NCBI GenBank assembly: GCA_011109175.1
Contig: RDEW01000004.1
Span: forward strand, 1,635,355-1,699,354
Length of the DNA stretch: 64,000 nucleotides
Source: Dicyema japonicum
Lineage: Eukaryota > Animalia > Dicyemida
Direction of reading: 5' to 3'
The position numbers and the translations under genes were made by a program. Shown in pieces: positions 50,280 through 62,935 of this stretch. Every line of letters starts with the position of its first letter. Position 1 is the first letter of the stretch. Below the pieces are notes generated by a model. The model ran no database searches, was not told the origin of the DNA, and saw only the letters and a program-made list of their open reading frames with translations.

Positions 50280-51985
50280 CTGGATGGATCGAATTACATT
50301 GACCGGTCAACTAAAGATAATCAAAAAAGCCATTGAAGAAAAAACAAGACTGGCTCTAGAACGATATTAGAGGTCGAGGCATGCAAACACACAAACACCT
50401 CGTTCTGGAAGATTTACAAAAGAATAACTGGCCAGAAGAAAGAGGACATGAAAATCTCTTTGAACAAGCCAGAAGGTGGGTCATATTCTGCGGATGATGC
50501 CCCAGATATCTTTAAGAAGCAACTAGACCGTATCCAGGGAGTCAACCAAATGAAGCTGATTCCGAGGGAAGAGTTGGGAGCTTCACAAAAACTTATTACC
50601 TATTCTCTGGATAAGCTTAAAGATACCAATATAAGGATAACGACAGAGGACGTCGTAGTTGCCATTAGAGAATGCAAAGCTCACGCTCCTGTACATAAGC
50701 GTTAGCATGAGAATGTTTAAGAAAGGTTCAGAGGATTTGCTGCTCATACTAAGAACTTATTTCAACGCAAGCATTGATCATGGATATGTAACAAAACGCT
50801 GGAAAGCCTCTATTGTCAGGATGATACTTAAACCAAGAAAGTCGGGGAGGGACCCCCTTAACTATAGGCCGATCAGCCTAAATTGCTCTATCTCCAAGAT
50901 TGCTGAGAGAATTATTTTCAAAAGACTAAACTAGCACATGGAAAAGAGTTGTTTTCTCCTCGCGGAACAATGTGGCTCAGACCCGGGAAATCCTGCACGG
51001 ATTGTATCCACCACATGTATTCGATGGTACTGAGAGGCCTGGAAATCAAGAGGCAAGTCAACCTGGTGTGTTTGGAGTTGTCCAAGGCTTTCGATAGCGT
51101 GTGGCATGAAGTCAACTGCAGACATCTAAAAGAAACTCTTCACAGGGATAAAGAACTTCCTAACAGGACGGACTTCCCGACTACGTGTTGGGGGAAATAT
51201 GTCAAGAGATATCCTATTGAAAAGGGGCGTTCCACAGGGCTGTCTTGAGCCCGCATTTGTTCGATGTGTTTTTGTCAGACTTCCCTACTACGCCGGATGC
51301 GAACACCAAATTGTTTAATATACGCAGACGACATACTGTCTATTGATTTGTCTGGGACGTCAAAATTATCAGAAAGAAGAATCAAGTTATTCACTGATCA
51401 AGTGCAGGATTGGTACTCCAAAGAGAGGGATGAGACTCTCTACTGAAAGTCCAGCTTCTTGAGGGTTAGTCGCCCTACGGAGACATCATGCACAGCCTTA
51501 TTCACTTGGTATTTCGAGAGTACATTCACTCCGCTACCTCGGGATAGTTATTGAAGTTTCTTTCATGGAGGATATCTTACAAAGAAAAAAGAAGGCGTTG
51601 CAAGCGCTTATCTGTACGAGCAAGTTGTCCCTTAGTTTAAAGACCTTCTTGTTTATCTTCATGAAAATTATCCTGCCAGAGATATTATACGGATTTGAAG
51701 TTTGGTACTTCTCAAGACGAAGGGAAAAAATAATGTTACTTCTGGAAAAGTCGAGAAGGTCAGCAGTAAAGTTAGCCTTAGAGGAAAAAGCTGCGTCATG
51801 TCCTGAGTGCAAAAAAGGACAGGATTCTCGCCTCAGTAAAATACATTGTGGAGAAAAGGATTAATGGGATCCGACGATTGAACTAAACAAAATGGAGATG
51901 GGGTCCGTAGGAAGTGTCCAGACCGCATAGGTAGACTCGTTAAAAATACCCCTTAAACTAACTTTTAGTTACTGTTTCGAATAAA
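50280..51985 (+). mobile_element. LINE family C, most of ORF2 plus 3' UTR
   Basis: WKASIVRMILKPRKSGRDPLNYRPISLNCSISKIAERII, LELSKAFDSVWH, GVPQG-like, LIYADDI, LRYLGIVI, LPEILYGFEVW. Confidence 0.92.
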
Positions 51986-52639
51986 GGTTTCCTATCGTTT
52001 GCTTTGATGTGCATTATCACGCAGTCAGGCGGCCGCAATATGATCTTTAACACATAGATTCAAGAATTATATTTGCAATCAAATCAATACTAATTCTGCA
52101 TACGAAGAGCGTTTTATCTTGCTTCTTGAAAATCGAGAAGAGCAAGGATCAAGATTGCCCTTCACAAATGCTCGACGAGAAGCTAGATGATAATGAAAAT
52201 TTGCTAGTAATGTCGATAAGAGATGCAGCAGAAAAAAGGATGGAAAACTTCCTAAAAAGAGATGCCATCATTGACTCGTATGTTGCAGCACAGAATAAAC
52301 GATAAGAAGGGTCTGAGAGCGAAGAGAAGAGTCCAAGCGTTTGCAGAACAGGCAAAATAGCTCTCTCTTTAATTTTCTTTGCTAATAAAATTATTAAAGA
52401 TAAAGTTTAGTTTGAAATGAATAGGAAAGATGTCTCTCTGTAAGAGAATGGTGAATCTTTTGGCCTTCCAGTGGTCGCGCCGATGTACCGATTAATTGAC
52501 GTAACGAAATAAAACTTGCACGTGTTAGTATTTCATGACTTTGTTTAGATTATTTGGCTTTATTACACGTAAATTGTCTAAAGTAGCCTAGTACTTGGTT
52601 GTCAGATCTTCAACAACGGTCTTGGGTTAAAATACTCCC

Positions 52640-52900
52640 ACTCGTTACTCTGTCGAAGGTTTTTTCCTTTGCATGTCAGGTTCTTCCTTGTCATTTAATA
52701 CACCTGTCTCAAGATGCGCTACATAACAGGATGGCATCAAAAGGAGCACATGCTCTTCCCCATTCCACGAATCATTCATTGGAGGCGTTTTCATGACTTA
52801 TCTTCAGGATGAAGCTGTGACTGGAAGTACTCTGTCTGACAAGAAAATCATCTCCTTGTAAACGCAGAAAACCTTAAGTGCTGTCCAGGAAGTCCCTCTC
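52640..52900 (-). mobile_element. LINE RT-thumb fragment
   Basis: LRGTSW..LKVFCVYKEMI resembles the LxGxxWG..LYK motif. Confidence 0.35.
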
Positions 52901-53179
52901 AAGATATGAGACGAAAACCCCATCTTTATGGAAATTAATATAGAACTCTAGGACAAGTCGTAGGAAGAAACAAGATATGGACAATAGGGTCACATAAATA
53001 TACGTATTGGTCAATCGTCTTCTCCACTTTGTTCATCATGTCTTGTTGACGACCAGAAGACCTCTTCTCTTGTCCGGGTACGCTTCCGAGTTCTGCAAGA
53101 CCCAAACACACCTGTCAGATCTCTGGGAGCGTCAATTTTTGGCTATGACGTTCTTGTTCACCATCGGTTTCTTATATTA

Positions 53180-53700
53180 TTTAAGCCAAAGAAACACCGT
53201 CTTAACCAATAACTAATATTCAGGTGATCCCGGCATCTGTCAATAATCGGGCCATTTTTTCTCGATGCTCCGACCGTGATCCCACGCATTTTCTATACGG
53301 ACGGGGGTCTTTTTCCTTTCCTCTTATGAAATTGCCTCCAGTTGCCTCTATGATAGACTCGAGTGCTCTGGGGGCAATTTCTTTATCTGTATATTTTCCA
53401 GTAATTTTTTTGCTCTTGACTGAATCTTGAATTTTTGTTAGGTTCGTTGCCGACAGGTTAGATCCCCATGCAGCACATGCATAGCCTATTGTTGGCTCGA
53501 CATACTGCTTGTAGAGGGTCCCGATACCTGGCGGATAAATTCCTCCACAGTTCCAAAGGAAGGCCTTTACAAAATTGATCTTCTTGCACAGGTTGATATG
53601 ATAGATTCCACATTGGCTGAGAAGCAGAGGAAAGTATCAAAAGTTACTCCCAGTATCTTCTGCGATTTCTTTTGTGGTATAGGTACTCCATTTAACGTGA
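53180..53700 (-). mobile_element. 'GIT-stop' LINE 3' portion
   Basis: LYKQYVEPTIGYACAAW..RPYRKCVGSRSEHREKMARLLTDAGIT-stop (53220-53222) plus UTR. Confidence 0.88.
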
Positions 53701-54029
53701 CATCAATTCTTCACTCGAAGAGACCGGGGGTAAATAAGTAATAAGTTCAGACTGCATAATCCGCTGTTAAAGAACTATTATCAGCATACATAGAATTACG
53801 TCAACTATAATTCTATACGTACACACATATTATTCTCTAAGATTCTATTCTCTATGACATTTCCTTTGTTCAGAATTAGTTTTCCCATATCTCCCAAGTA
53901 CATCACTTCGTCAATGGTTACGAGAAGGTCAATTATACATTTTTGAAATATAGGCACGTCACCAACTCTACTGGTGAAGATAGCTATCAAACTCATGACT
54001 AATTAATCAAGATTCAACGACAAATTAAC

Positions 54030-54170
54030 AGGGAATACAAGCCATCATGTAATCCTGGCCTCTATAAGAACCCATCTCATCTTTGCTCGGCGTTTGTCCT
54101 GAGATCCGACGACTTCCTGTACGCTTGTGTTACTTGTGGAAACTTTGGAAGTGTCATAAGGGCCCTCATT
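54030..54170 (-). mobile_element. 'GIT-stop' LINE 3' stub
   Basis: VVGSQDKRRAKMRWVLIEARIT-stop (54045-54047). Confidence 0.7.
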
Positions 54171-54859
54171 TTGCTCTCAAGTCCCTCTAAAGGAGTTAGT
54201 ATCAACAGCGAAGTGGACAAACCTTATAGAGTCTTTTTGACTATTGTTTTTAATGTCTTCGATCTTCTTGTGATTTGATTCGTAAAGGTTTGTCCCCCAT
54301 ACAACAAAGTCATAGATAATTGTCGGATCTTTTTTAATAGTGTTTTAAACATAAAATGAGCACTTTTAGGACTACCGTTGAGGAACGAGTTCTTATGAAT
54401 TAATACACCCAATTAACTGGGTACGCACTTACCCATATGCTGGTCCTCTATGACTGACATACTGGTCAGGTCATTAGAAGCTCCAGAGACCAGATAATAA
54501 GACTTCGAGTTCTGGAAATTTTTTAATGAGTAATGCCTGTCAACTTTATTATGTAACGTGACTTTCAAATTTAATTTCCAAAACTTCCTACTTAATTTTT
54601 AATACAGATTCTCAATTGAGGTTGCCACGTGGTTAAAAGCATTAAAGAACTTCTGATTACTCCTGAGGTGGAAGTAATTACACAAAACTTTTAGTTATCT
54701 CCAGTCAGTCCCAGATCGTCGAAATCTTGAGTAAATTGCTTAACAAGTCATTGAGGACGTATGTAAATGATGTCAAAGATGATCTTTGTTCCTTTTTCAA
54801 ACTCTCCGATTTGACAGCATTTACCTTTTAATGTCCTGACTAGTACTTTATTCGTTTGC

Positions 54860-55085
54860 TATGCCAAAGTTGACGATCAATGCGAGCGACTGACATTTGT
54901 TGCGTCAGTCTCACATATGTTAGTGAGACCGGAGTACTTAATTAGATAAGTAATGGCTAATTCAGGTATATCCAGGTCAGAGTAGTATCCATCTTTTTCA
55001 AGCACCACGCATATCCATATCCGCATTGTAAGGAACGGCAGTGTCTAACTTCGCTCGGATCTATCCTTTGTCTTAATTTTATTAA
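54860..55085 (+). mobile_element. Degraded CRE-like 3' end
   Basis: YAKVDDQCERLTFV..ETGVL and RISI..IVR remnants with A/T tail. Confidence 0.45.
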
Positions 55086-55139
55086 ATTGAATTTTTTAAG
55101 TATTTCTATGACGTTATCAATTACGGTTTATTCGGTTAT

Positions 55140-55270
55140 GCCTGGAAGTATTTAATGGTTAACTAGATAGCTCTGTTCGCTAAGAAACCTTTCGACCGAA
55201 TAGCTAACGGGGGATTCGAGCCCAGGACCATTGTTACAGATAGAACACCATAACCACTGTATGCCATATC
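55140..55270 (-). mobile_element. tRNA-derived SINE head or pseudo-tRNA
   Basis: A-box tggcatacagtgg and B-box gggctcgaatccc at tRNA spacing; acceptor and anticodon stems do not pair. Confidence 0.5.
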
Positions 55271-57339
55271 TGTCACTATTGATGTATAATACTCTGTAAC
55301 CATGACATGTACGTGAGAGTGTGGAAGACGAGTTCAAAAAACCAGGCTTAACGGAGAAGCTCATCTTTAATTTCATCTTAACTATGGTTTAGTGACAAAG
55401 TCTGAGAGCTTTCAGCATATTTATTTCTCGTATTGAGTAATATTTGGAATACTTACGAGTGATAATACTAATTCTTTGTAACGCTTTGTGCCATACAAAT
55501 GCTTCTTCCAAGCAATATGAGTTGAAGCTTTATAGTCCCAGTTTTACCACGATTCATCGAGTAGGTTGAATTCCAAGAAAGGATAATCGGCCAATAGATC
55601 TTCAGAACCTTAAAATTTTCTGAAGATAGTTGAATGCCCGAGGAATTGATTTCTATGGACAGAAGATAGTAGTAGGTTTGATCTGACAATCGGGTTTACC
55701 ATAAGGACATTCAGGAAGACGTTGTGAACTATGTTCAGAGGCTCTTCATCTGTTTTTCCCACATTAAATAATTCTGAATAATCATTTGTAATAATCTTTG
55801 TGTTTAATACTGCACGTGGTGTTTCATAATCTCAACATGGTTGAAGTGTTCGGAGACAACCATATAGTCATGCCGTTAGAAATCATTCATGTCCAGTCTC
55901 AAAACTGACTATCAATTTTTAAATTCTACTATTTTGCAATACCTGGACTTGAATTGTTAGTTATTCATCTCCCTTGATAAAAAAATTATTTTCCAGCATG
56001 GATGACTCACCATCAATGCTAATAGAGAAAAACAAGTTAACAACAAATTAATTGTATCCAACAGTTGCAGAAACCGAGTCCATTCTATGTCATAAAAGTC
56101 CATCCAGAACCAGCATTTTTTCTACTTTAAGTGCTGCTTTGTATAAATCAACAAAACAACGAGTGCTAGTTGAGAATAGATTAGGCTTTAGGCTTGCAAT
56201 TAATGGGAGTTAAAATTAGTTGCACCATGTGGTTGTTAAAATATTCTCAGAGCTTCGGTATCTTCAAATTCGAGTTCAAGAACTTTGTATAAATCTCATA
56301 CAAGTTCTCAGTCAAGATTTTTGGAGAACCTATGACGCACTAATAACTTAGGCAAACTTGTGTAGAATGTAATCAATGCGTCTTCTCGAAAATTGAACTT
56401 TGTTACTTTCCAAATTCATAAGACCGTTCAATTCAACGTTAGGTCCCTTGTACACCCAATTTATCTAGCCATAAGTTGTGCCCGCTTGGTGAACAAACCT
56501 ACACACATTTTACACAATCCAGAGGCAGTCATAATGCATCTTTTGATTTACGTGGGATATGAAAAGGCACCCAGTTTTGTACCTCGTGAGGAACGGTGTT
56601 CCCTATTCGTCCAACAAAAAATTCTGGCAAACAGCAAATGCGTGAGTTCGAGCTGAGGATGGGTCACAACTGATGCCTTCCCCATATTAGTTAATATCAT
56701 GGTGATTTCGGCTTTATAATATGTGCTCGTGCTACAGAGAAATATATGTAAGAGATAAATCGTAGGGGATTGATGCATCTAACACATCGCGAGTAACATA
56801 TAACTACTAATAAAGTCACACAACCGCATTTTAAAGTTTTTCCAAACGCAAAATCTATACAAAATCACTGGTTGTGGAGAACCCTCAAGAATGATTCAAT
56901 TACGTGGGAAAGACAAATAAAAAGTTTCTAGATTTTATATTTGAGTAACCTACGAAAAAAGGTGTTAAGCACTAACTATTAGATGATCCCCCATAATGAT
57001 AGAATTTTCCTAAAATATTACGTTAATAGTTCCACGGTTCTCCAAAAGTATGTACATGAGCTATTGTAGAGAACTCGATCGGGATATCATTCTTTAGGCT
57101 GACCGACTGTTCTGTATGAGAGATTGTGTTTATGAAAGGATTTTTTGGTTCTTTACAGTAATCAAGACCAGCTATGCCCGCTGATTTCTCCATAAGATAG
57201 TAACACAACTCTATTTTAGATATCCTTAAAAGAATAATGCAGTGAATCGTTCAATTGGTCGTTAATTCGCATCGAAAACAACAAATGTTATGGAATATAA
57301 TAACGATCTATTAATTAAGAAGTCGTGAGTTATTTGGGG

Positions 57340-57900
57340 GTATTACATCTATTTGTACGTCAACAGTTTTGTATGTATCCTGGATCTTTGATTTCCTACT
57401 GAAACTGTCGATGCGATCCTCCACAGTCTTACTAATTAGTCTAACGACATATTTCCTACTCACTTAGACAGTCACTAAGCTTATTGTGTATGTAGAGCTT
57501 AATTGCAGCTCTACTTGTTTTCTCTAGAAGGGATTGTACCCTTTGTACTACTCGATCATAAGTGTTAATATCCGTATATGTTTTTCCACATTCTTTTGGA
57601 AGATTTCTTTGTATCGTCATAATCTAACTATTATGTGTTACACATGAGGAACACTTCCAAGTTTCCGTGATATGTCGTTTCCATATTTGTAGTTTTTTAG
57701 AAAGCAGCTATTTTGTCCGCGCAACTCAATAGATTTTATTTCCTTGCATGCTGCTATTGAGAACTTTGAGTTCATGAAAAATATCAGCGATGTATGCTAA
57801 TTGTAACACCAACATTCTTCATTGCTTTTGTTCGCAAAAATTCATATGTTGTATAAACGGCGTTAAATAATTATCCACGTCCTATTTTTTATGGTTATTT
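57340..57900 (-). mobile_element. Family-C-related LINE 3' portion
   Basis: tcctggatctttgatt.cct.c.gaaac.gtcgat.cgatcctcc and gagcttaatt blocks shared with 60420-60570. Confidence 0.65.
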
Positions 57901-57989
57901 TTTTCAATACAAAGACGTTTATGGTTCAATTTTCAAGAGATTCTGATCTTTTTCAAAATTTTTCTATCGGATTTTCTATTGTTCGACTT

Positions 57990-58600
57990 TAAGGTAAATA
58001 TTTATTTTGCTAACAAGTAGAATAGATTTGCTACAAAAGTCAAGGAAATCCCAAACATCAGAATAATCATTAATTTCCAATAGTGTGTTTGTATGATATC
58101 AGAATCATCATTATGATCAGTTACAGAATGTCTTGTGTATCTGGTTGTTTCTATTAATTAATTTATAACTTCAAAGAATAATTTTATTACCTATTTTTTA
58201 TCACAATCAATAATTAACTATTGGAACTTTTATCTATTGATTTTCATGTTCAAACTGCCTACTCGTAACGAAGGATTTAAATCTTTTATATTAATGCATA
58301 CTTTATTACCCACATTGAAATAATACCATTGTGGACATTCACTCCCATCTTTCATAGCTTTGTAATATTTTGAATTTTCGACAATTGGTTTGATTCTGTA
58401 TTTGGTTGAGAGCGTCACTCCGCGACTTTTCTGGCTTGAGTATCATATTTACAATCGAAATTTCCACCATTGTGAAATATGCTCATACTTAATATTTGCG
58501 TTAAACAATTCTGTAGACAAACAACAAGGCTTTTGGACCTTACATAAACATATTCATCCTGATAAATACAAAACCTGGAGCATTGGTCTGCTTATTTGAC
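57990..58600 (-). pseudogene. Possible membrane-protein gene relic
   Basis: GGNFDCKY, ECPQWYYF, candidate 22-nt intron gtaataaaattattctttgaag, and terminal TM-like WKLMIILMFGISLTFVANLFYLLAK; frames not fully reconciled. Confidence 0.3.
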
Positions 58601-58669
58601 TGTCGTCTTTATCTCTCCAGGGTGATTTTCTCCTCGACTTCTCCAAGGCCGTCCAGTGAATATTTACTA

Positions 58670-58860
58670 TTATTATTAATGATAATTTCACGAGAGCCCT
58701 AATATTTATAGCCACGTATGTGCAGCAAAAAAAACAAGAGAAAGAGTTAGCTTATTCCAGGTATTTCTGTTCTTAGCCAAATCCCTCAGTGTGTACAGGT
58801 TATCAGCAGATGCAAGTGTTTTCTTTGTGCCTTTCAGATCGCCTTGTAATACGACCAGAA
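58670..58860 (-). mobile_element. RTE-like LINE 3' end
   Basis: Colinear with 49200-49380; (AAT)n tail. Confidence 0.85.
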
Positions 58861-59022
58861 TATTTGGAGAGTTCAAATGAGGCCTTCATCTGGTCGCGTC
58901 GAATTAATGACACTCTCATAGTACCCTCTAAGAAATTATAGTACTTCATAAAATAATATTTTTTTAATAATTTATTTTAATTTTTCCTATAATGTTATTA
59001 AAAAAATTTATGTTAATTTAAT

Positions 59023-59295
59023 TAGCCGCGTGGCGCCATGTGGTGCTGCGTGGTTAATCGGTTGAGTTTTCTGCTTTTCCTGTCTCTTCCTCTTCTCTCT
59101 TCCTATTAGAGTGACGTCATGTGATCCACCTGTCTAGGTGACGCCCAGTGCCAGGCCGGCACGAAAAAGGATCATTTGCTCTCCCTTACTCCACTGAGGG
59201 GTTTCCACAACTTCATGTAATGGACGTCTTACCTTTTATGTTGATTCCGGATGGACTCTGTGTCTGTAGAAGTGGAAACTGGATACACTTAATTA
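59023..59295 (+). mobile_element. SINE-like family B, most complete copy (~270 bp)
   Basis: A-box-like tggcgccatgtgg, pyrimidine tract, hairpin-rich core, 3' end gaaactggatacacttaattagtt. Confidence 0.85.
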
Positions 59296-59659
59296 GTTGT
59301 TTATTTTAACTTTTTTCTCGGTGTATCCGGGGTTAATAAATAAAAATAAAATGTTAACCTTGGTTATTGGTGTAATACACTGGATATGCTACAGGAAAGG
59401 GTTTATTACTGAATCCTTCATTAGAAAAGTGTGTGAAATGTTAAGGGAATTTAAAAATACGAATAAAACGACAAGGAAAGACAAATACATTGGAGTTCTA
59501 TAAAATGCAGATATAAAACATGCCTATTTAATAAGAGCTTTTTTTCATATCAATACGAATGGTGGAAAAACTATTAAGCTAGATATTACTATTTGGTTGA
59601 AACTAGTGTTTTTATAACAAGGCAACAGTTGTAAACCGTTCAACCTTGGGTACAGGTGC

Positions 59660-59715
59660 CCTATAGTAACCCCAAAGCACTTATAGTACCCCCTAAGCAA
59701 TTATAGTACCCATAA
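59660..59715. repeat. Short ~20-bp direct repeats (tatagta.ccc..aagca) x3
   Basis: Also two related units at 58917-58950. Confidence 0.6.
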
Positions 59716-60399
59716 TAAATTTTTCTTATAAGTGCTAGATTTAATAATTTTTTAGAGCTAATAGATTTGTTTAAGTGCTAGAAACAACTTTCCCAAATTA
59801 TCACTTTAAATCACATTGAGACTAGCGTTGCAAGAGACAAAAAGGGCAGATATATAATACTGACCTATGTGGTAATGAGGAATAAGAGTGAGTTTGCGAT
59901 AAACTCTTCTTCCAATAGAAGGAGAGACCTTATATTGCACTAGTTGTTTTAGGTAAAGACCTGAATAATTGAACATATACATATCAGAAATTGCAGAGAA
60001 TGATAGAGTTAGAGATTAGACTTTCGGATTTTATGAAATTAATAATCTTAGATTTGACTGTTTTACAGAGAGAGTTAGCAATCATTGTCTTCACCTGATC
60101 GATCTACGATTTTATATACCAATGTTTCTTCAAAGCTTTCTGCTCTTTTTTTNGTGAAGGAGTTGATTATAAAATAAGCAAAGAAACCTCGATTAAAAAG
60201 ATTAATTTGGATGCACTTAATTCAGTGTTCTTCAATCCAATTGATAGCCAGCATGTTGATGTTAAATTTTCAACAACGTGTTAAAACTGTTAATATTGCA
60301 CCTAGTGTGAGGCATTTAAAACGGGATCAAAGATATGCCATCATTGATATTTATTTTTATTTGTTTTTTACACTTATCCATTCTACAAAGAATATTACA

Positions 60400-60930
60400 T
60401 CTAGTCGAACGTCAAGGTTTATGTTTGTGTCCTGGATCTTTGATTACCTTCCGAAACCGTCGATCCGATCCTCCTCAATTCTGCTAATTGGTACTACAGC
60501 TTGTCTTCGTCCTCGCTTAGACCATCACTCAGTTTTTTGTTTAAGAAGAGCTTAATTCCGGCTCTCCTTGTTTTCTTTAGGAGCATAAGATCTTTTCATT
60601 CTTCGGAGATAATAGTCATTATTCGCACCCATGCTGTAGGCTAGAGAGTTTAACTCCTTTGAAAATGAATAGGAAGATGTCACGGCTAACATGTAACTTT
60701 CGTGTACAGAGGAGTGACTGAAATGCTCTCTCAACTCCTAATAATTTTACTATCTGGGATAAAGTTTAAGAATGATATAGATAAACAACCTAATGAAGAG
60801 ATTACCAGGATTTACACCAATTATTTTAGAAAATATTGTTATCCAGCACCGGATCAAGGTCTCCGGTGAAGATTTCATCTGCTTCTAATTAACTTTCGCA
60901 AATAGCATGTGTTAATTGTGTGTATGTTCA
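60400..60930 (-). mobile_element. Family-C-related LINE 3' portion
   Basis: LMLLKKTRRAGIKLFL resembles family C LLLEKSRRSAVKLAL; homologous to 57340-57900. Confidence 0.65.
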
Positions 60931-60949
60931 ATTCGATGCTAGAAAAGAA

Positions 60950-61455
60950 TTGAGTGACTTCAGTAGAATTGGGTGACTTTGATGTGCATATGTCAATCTC
61001 GCCCCATGTTGAAAACGTATTTACAAAATGCGAAAAGAAAACTAATGTTCTGAAATGCCTCACAGGCTTATGGAAGATCGAAAAGTATTCTGTTTTGAGC
61101 ACTTTATATAAACAATTCATTGAACCATGCATCTTTTTTCTCATGTGGTATGTTGCCCATTCATCTCTTGGATGAATGTCTTAAAGATCGAAGGTAGCCG
61201 GAAAAGAGCCTCCAAGATCCTAGAACTCTGGATTTCTGGAGGGTTCTAGCCACCGTTGCCACTTGAAGCCTTGATACGAATAAACCATGGAACGCGTCGT
61301 CGTGATCGCGAAGACCCAGTCAATCGACCCATACGTGCTTGTGTAAGGTCAAGGGAGAAGCATCGGGCAAAGATGTGGTCCCTGCTAGAGCGTGCTGAGA
61401 TCACGTGATTAGTTGGTTTGTGTAACCGTGGTCTCTGGTGTTATTATTATTATTA
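60950..61455 (+). mobile_element. 'GIT-stop' LINE 3' portion with (TTA)n tail
   Basis: HVENVFTKCEKKTNVLKCLTG..TLYKQFIEP; RPIRACVRSREKHRAKMWSLLERAEIT-stop (61406-61408); UTR as at 34327. Confidence 0.9.
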
Positions 61456-62789
61456 GCATGGAGAGAGGGGGTGAAGATCAGTTGTTGGTACATTCCTCTT
61501 AATGGAGGAGATCGATCACCAGCTATTCAGATTGTTAGTTAAAATAATGTTATGTTATGGTGTTTTGGAATTAATAAATCTTATCCGTGATTAGCTGGGA
61601 AATCCAAGTAGTTAATTAGTCGGATGGTTGAGGTAATAAATTACCTCTATTCCGCAATGGCTTAATCTCCTCAAGATGGATGCAACCTTTAGTTATTTTC
61701 GTGTATATAGTTTAAATGATAGACTCTAGTAACATGGAATATAAGGATTTTCTGTACGAGGAAGCGTCGGGTAGCTGTGCTCTAAGTTTGAATCTCATCT
61801 GGCACAAAATTTGGAGCAACTTGGATATGTCTGCCTTAAGGAAGAACAAGGGAATTATTAGTTAGATTAGTAATTCCAGAACTAATTATAAAAGAATGAT
61901 AATTATAAAGGATGTAAACTTTAATTTTTTAATCATTCTAATTTTTATACAAGTAGAAAGGATAGTAGGGAGTACGGCACTAGCGAAAATTCAAATACTT
62001 ATAAGTTTTGGGTAACAGGGAATTTTCAACTAATAATAATAGTTCTATCGTACTCAGTATCTCGAAATTACTTAAAGAGAGTAGGGAATAAGGCATAACG
62101 AAAACCTTAAGTATTCATATGCTCATTGAATATGCTGAATTACCTTTAAATAACAATAGTCAATATGAATAGAACGTGACTAAATAGAAGAACGTTTTTG
62201 TACTCACTGGCTTTATTTCCTAACTTTGATCTGTCATAAGTGACTGATGCAACATGCGATACAATTCCACGGCACATAAGCTTTACACCGATACACTATT
62301 TAAATTTTCAACTAATTTGTGTTTAACGAGACCCAGGAATAGACCAGGTACCTTCAGCATGCAATACAGACGTCATACTTTTAAGTTAATTTAAGTTATT
62401 ATTATTTAATTTAATACTGATAATTAAGTTAAGGGAATATGATACGAAGCGGTACTACTTGCCAACCGACTTTTACACAGAAAGTCTTCTACTGAAATAA
62501 ATCAAACATAAACCTATCGCCAAGTAACCAGATTTCCCAGATTTATGTATCTTCCGGACTTCTGCAATTTTTAAAGACATCCCAAATATCCAGAAAGTGC
62601 CTGGGAGTTCTTCCTTGAACAAACGCATAACAATTTTGTTTTTCCAGAATCATTGTCTGATGCATATTATTGCACTTTCAACTTGTTCATTTATAGGGCT
62701 GTGATTTAGTAGTAAAGAGCTAATAACTTTTTCCAACTTTTCTTTTAAGGAACAAATTCTTAAATTTTTATAACCTGCTAATTTCTATT

Positions 62790-62935
62790 CCCGAAACCAC
62801 TCGCCCACAAAGAAGTTGTGTTAAATCCCAGAAGGCGCACGAGGAGAAAATGAGAAATCTGATTAAGGCCTTCGAGATCACTTAATTAATATAGTAATTA
62901 AATTAACTATTGGTGTTCTTGGGTTAATAATAATC
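62790..62935 (+). mobile_element. 'GIT-stop' LINE 3' stub
   Basis: RPQRSCVKSQKAHEEKMRNLIKAFEIT-stop (62883-62885). Confidence 0.8.

Noticed and set aside
54880-54935. Two adjacent hairpins (gactgac/gtcagtc and gtctcac/gtgagac) as a structured RNA
   Set aside because: They overlap degraded CRE coding sequence, occur once, and may be chance.
55198-55270. Functional tRNA gene
   Set aside because: A and B boxes are present but the acceptor and anticodon stems do not pair.
59120-59210. Family B core as a hammerhead, twister or HDV-like ribozyme
   Set aside because: It has hairpins and GAAA/GGAGGG words but lacks CUGAnGA, the twister P4 loop and the HDV L3 motif; the third stem does not covary between the 45k and 59k copies.
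60153-60153. Single N base
   Set aside because: An assembly ambiguity beside a T run, not a biological feature.
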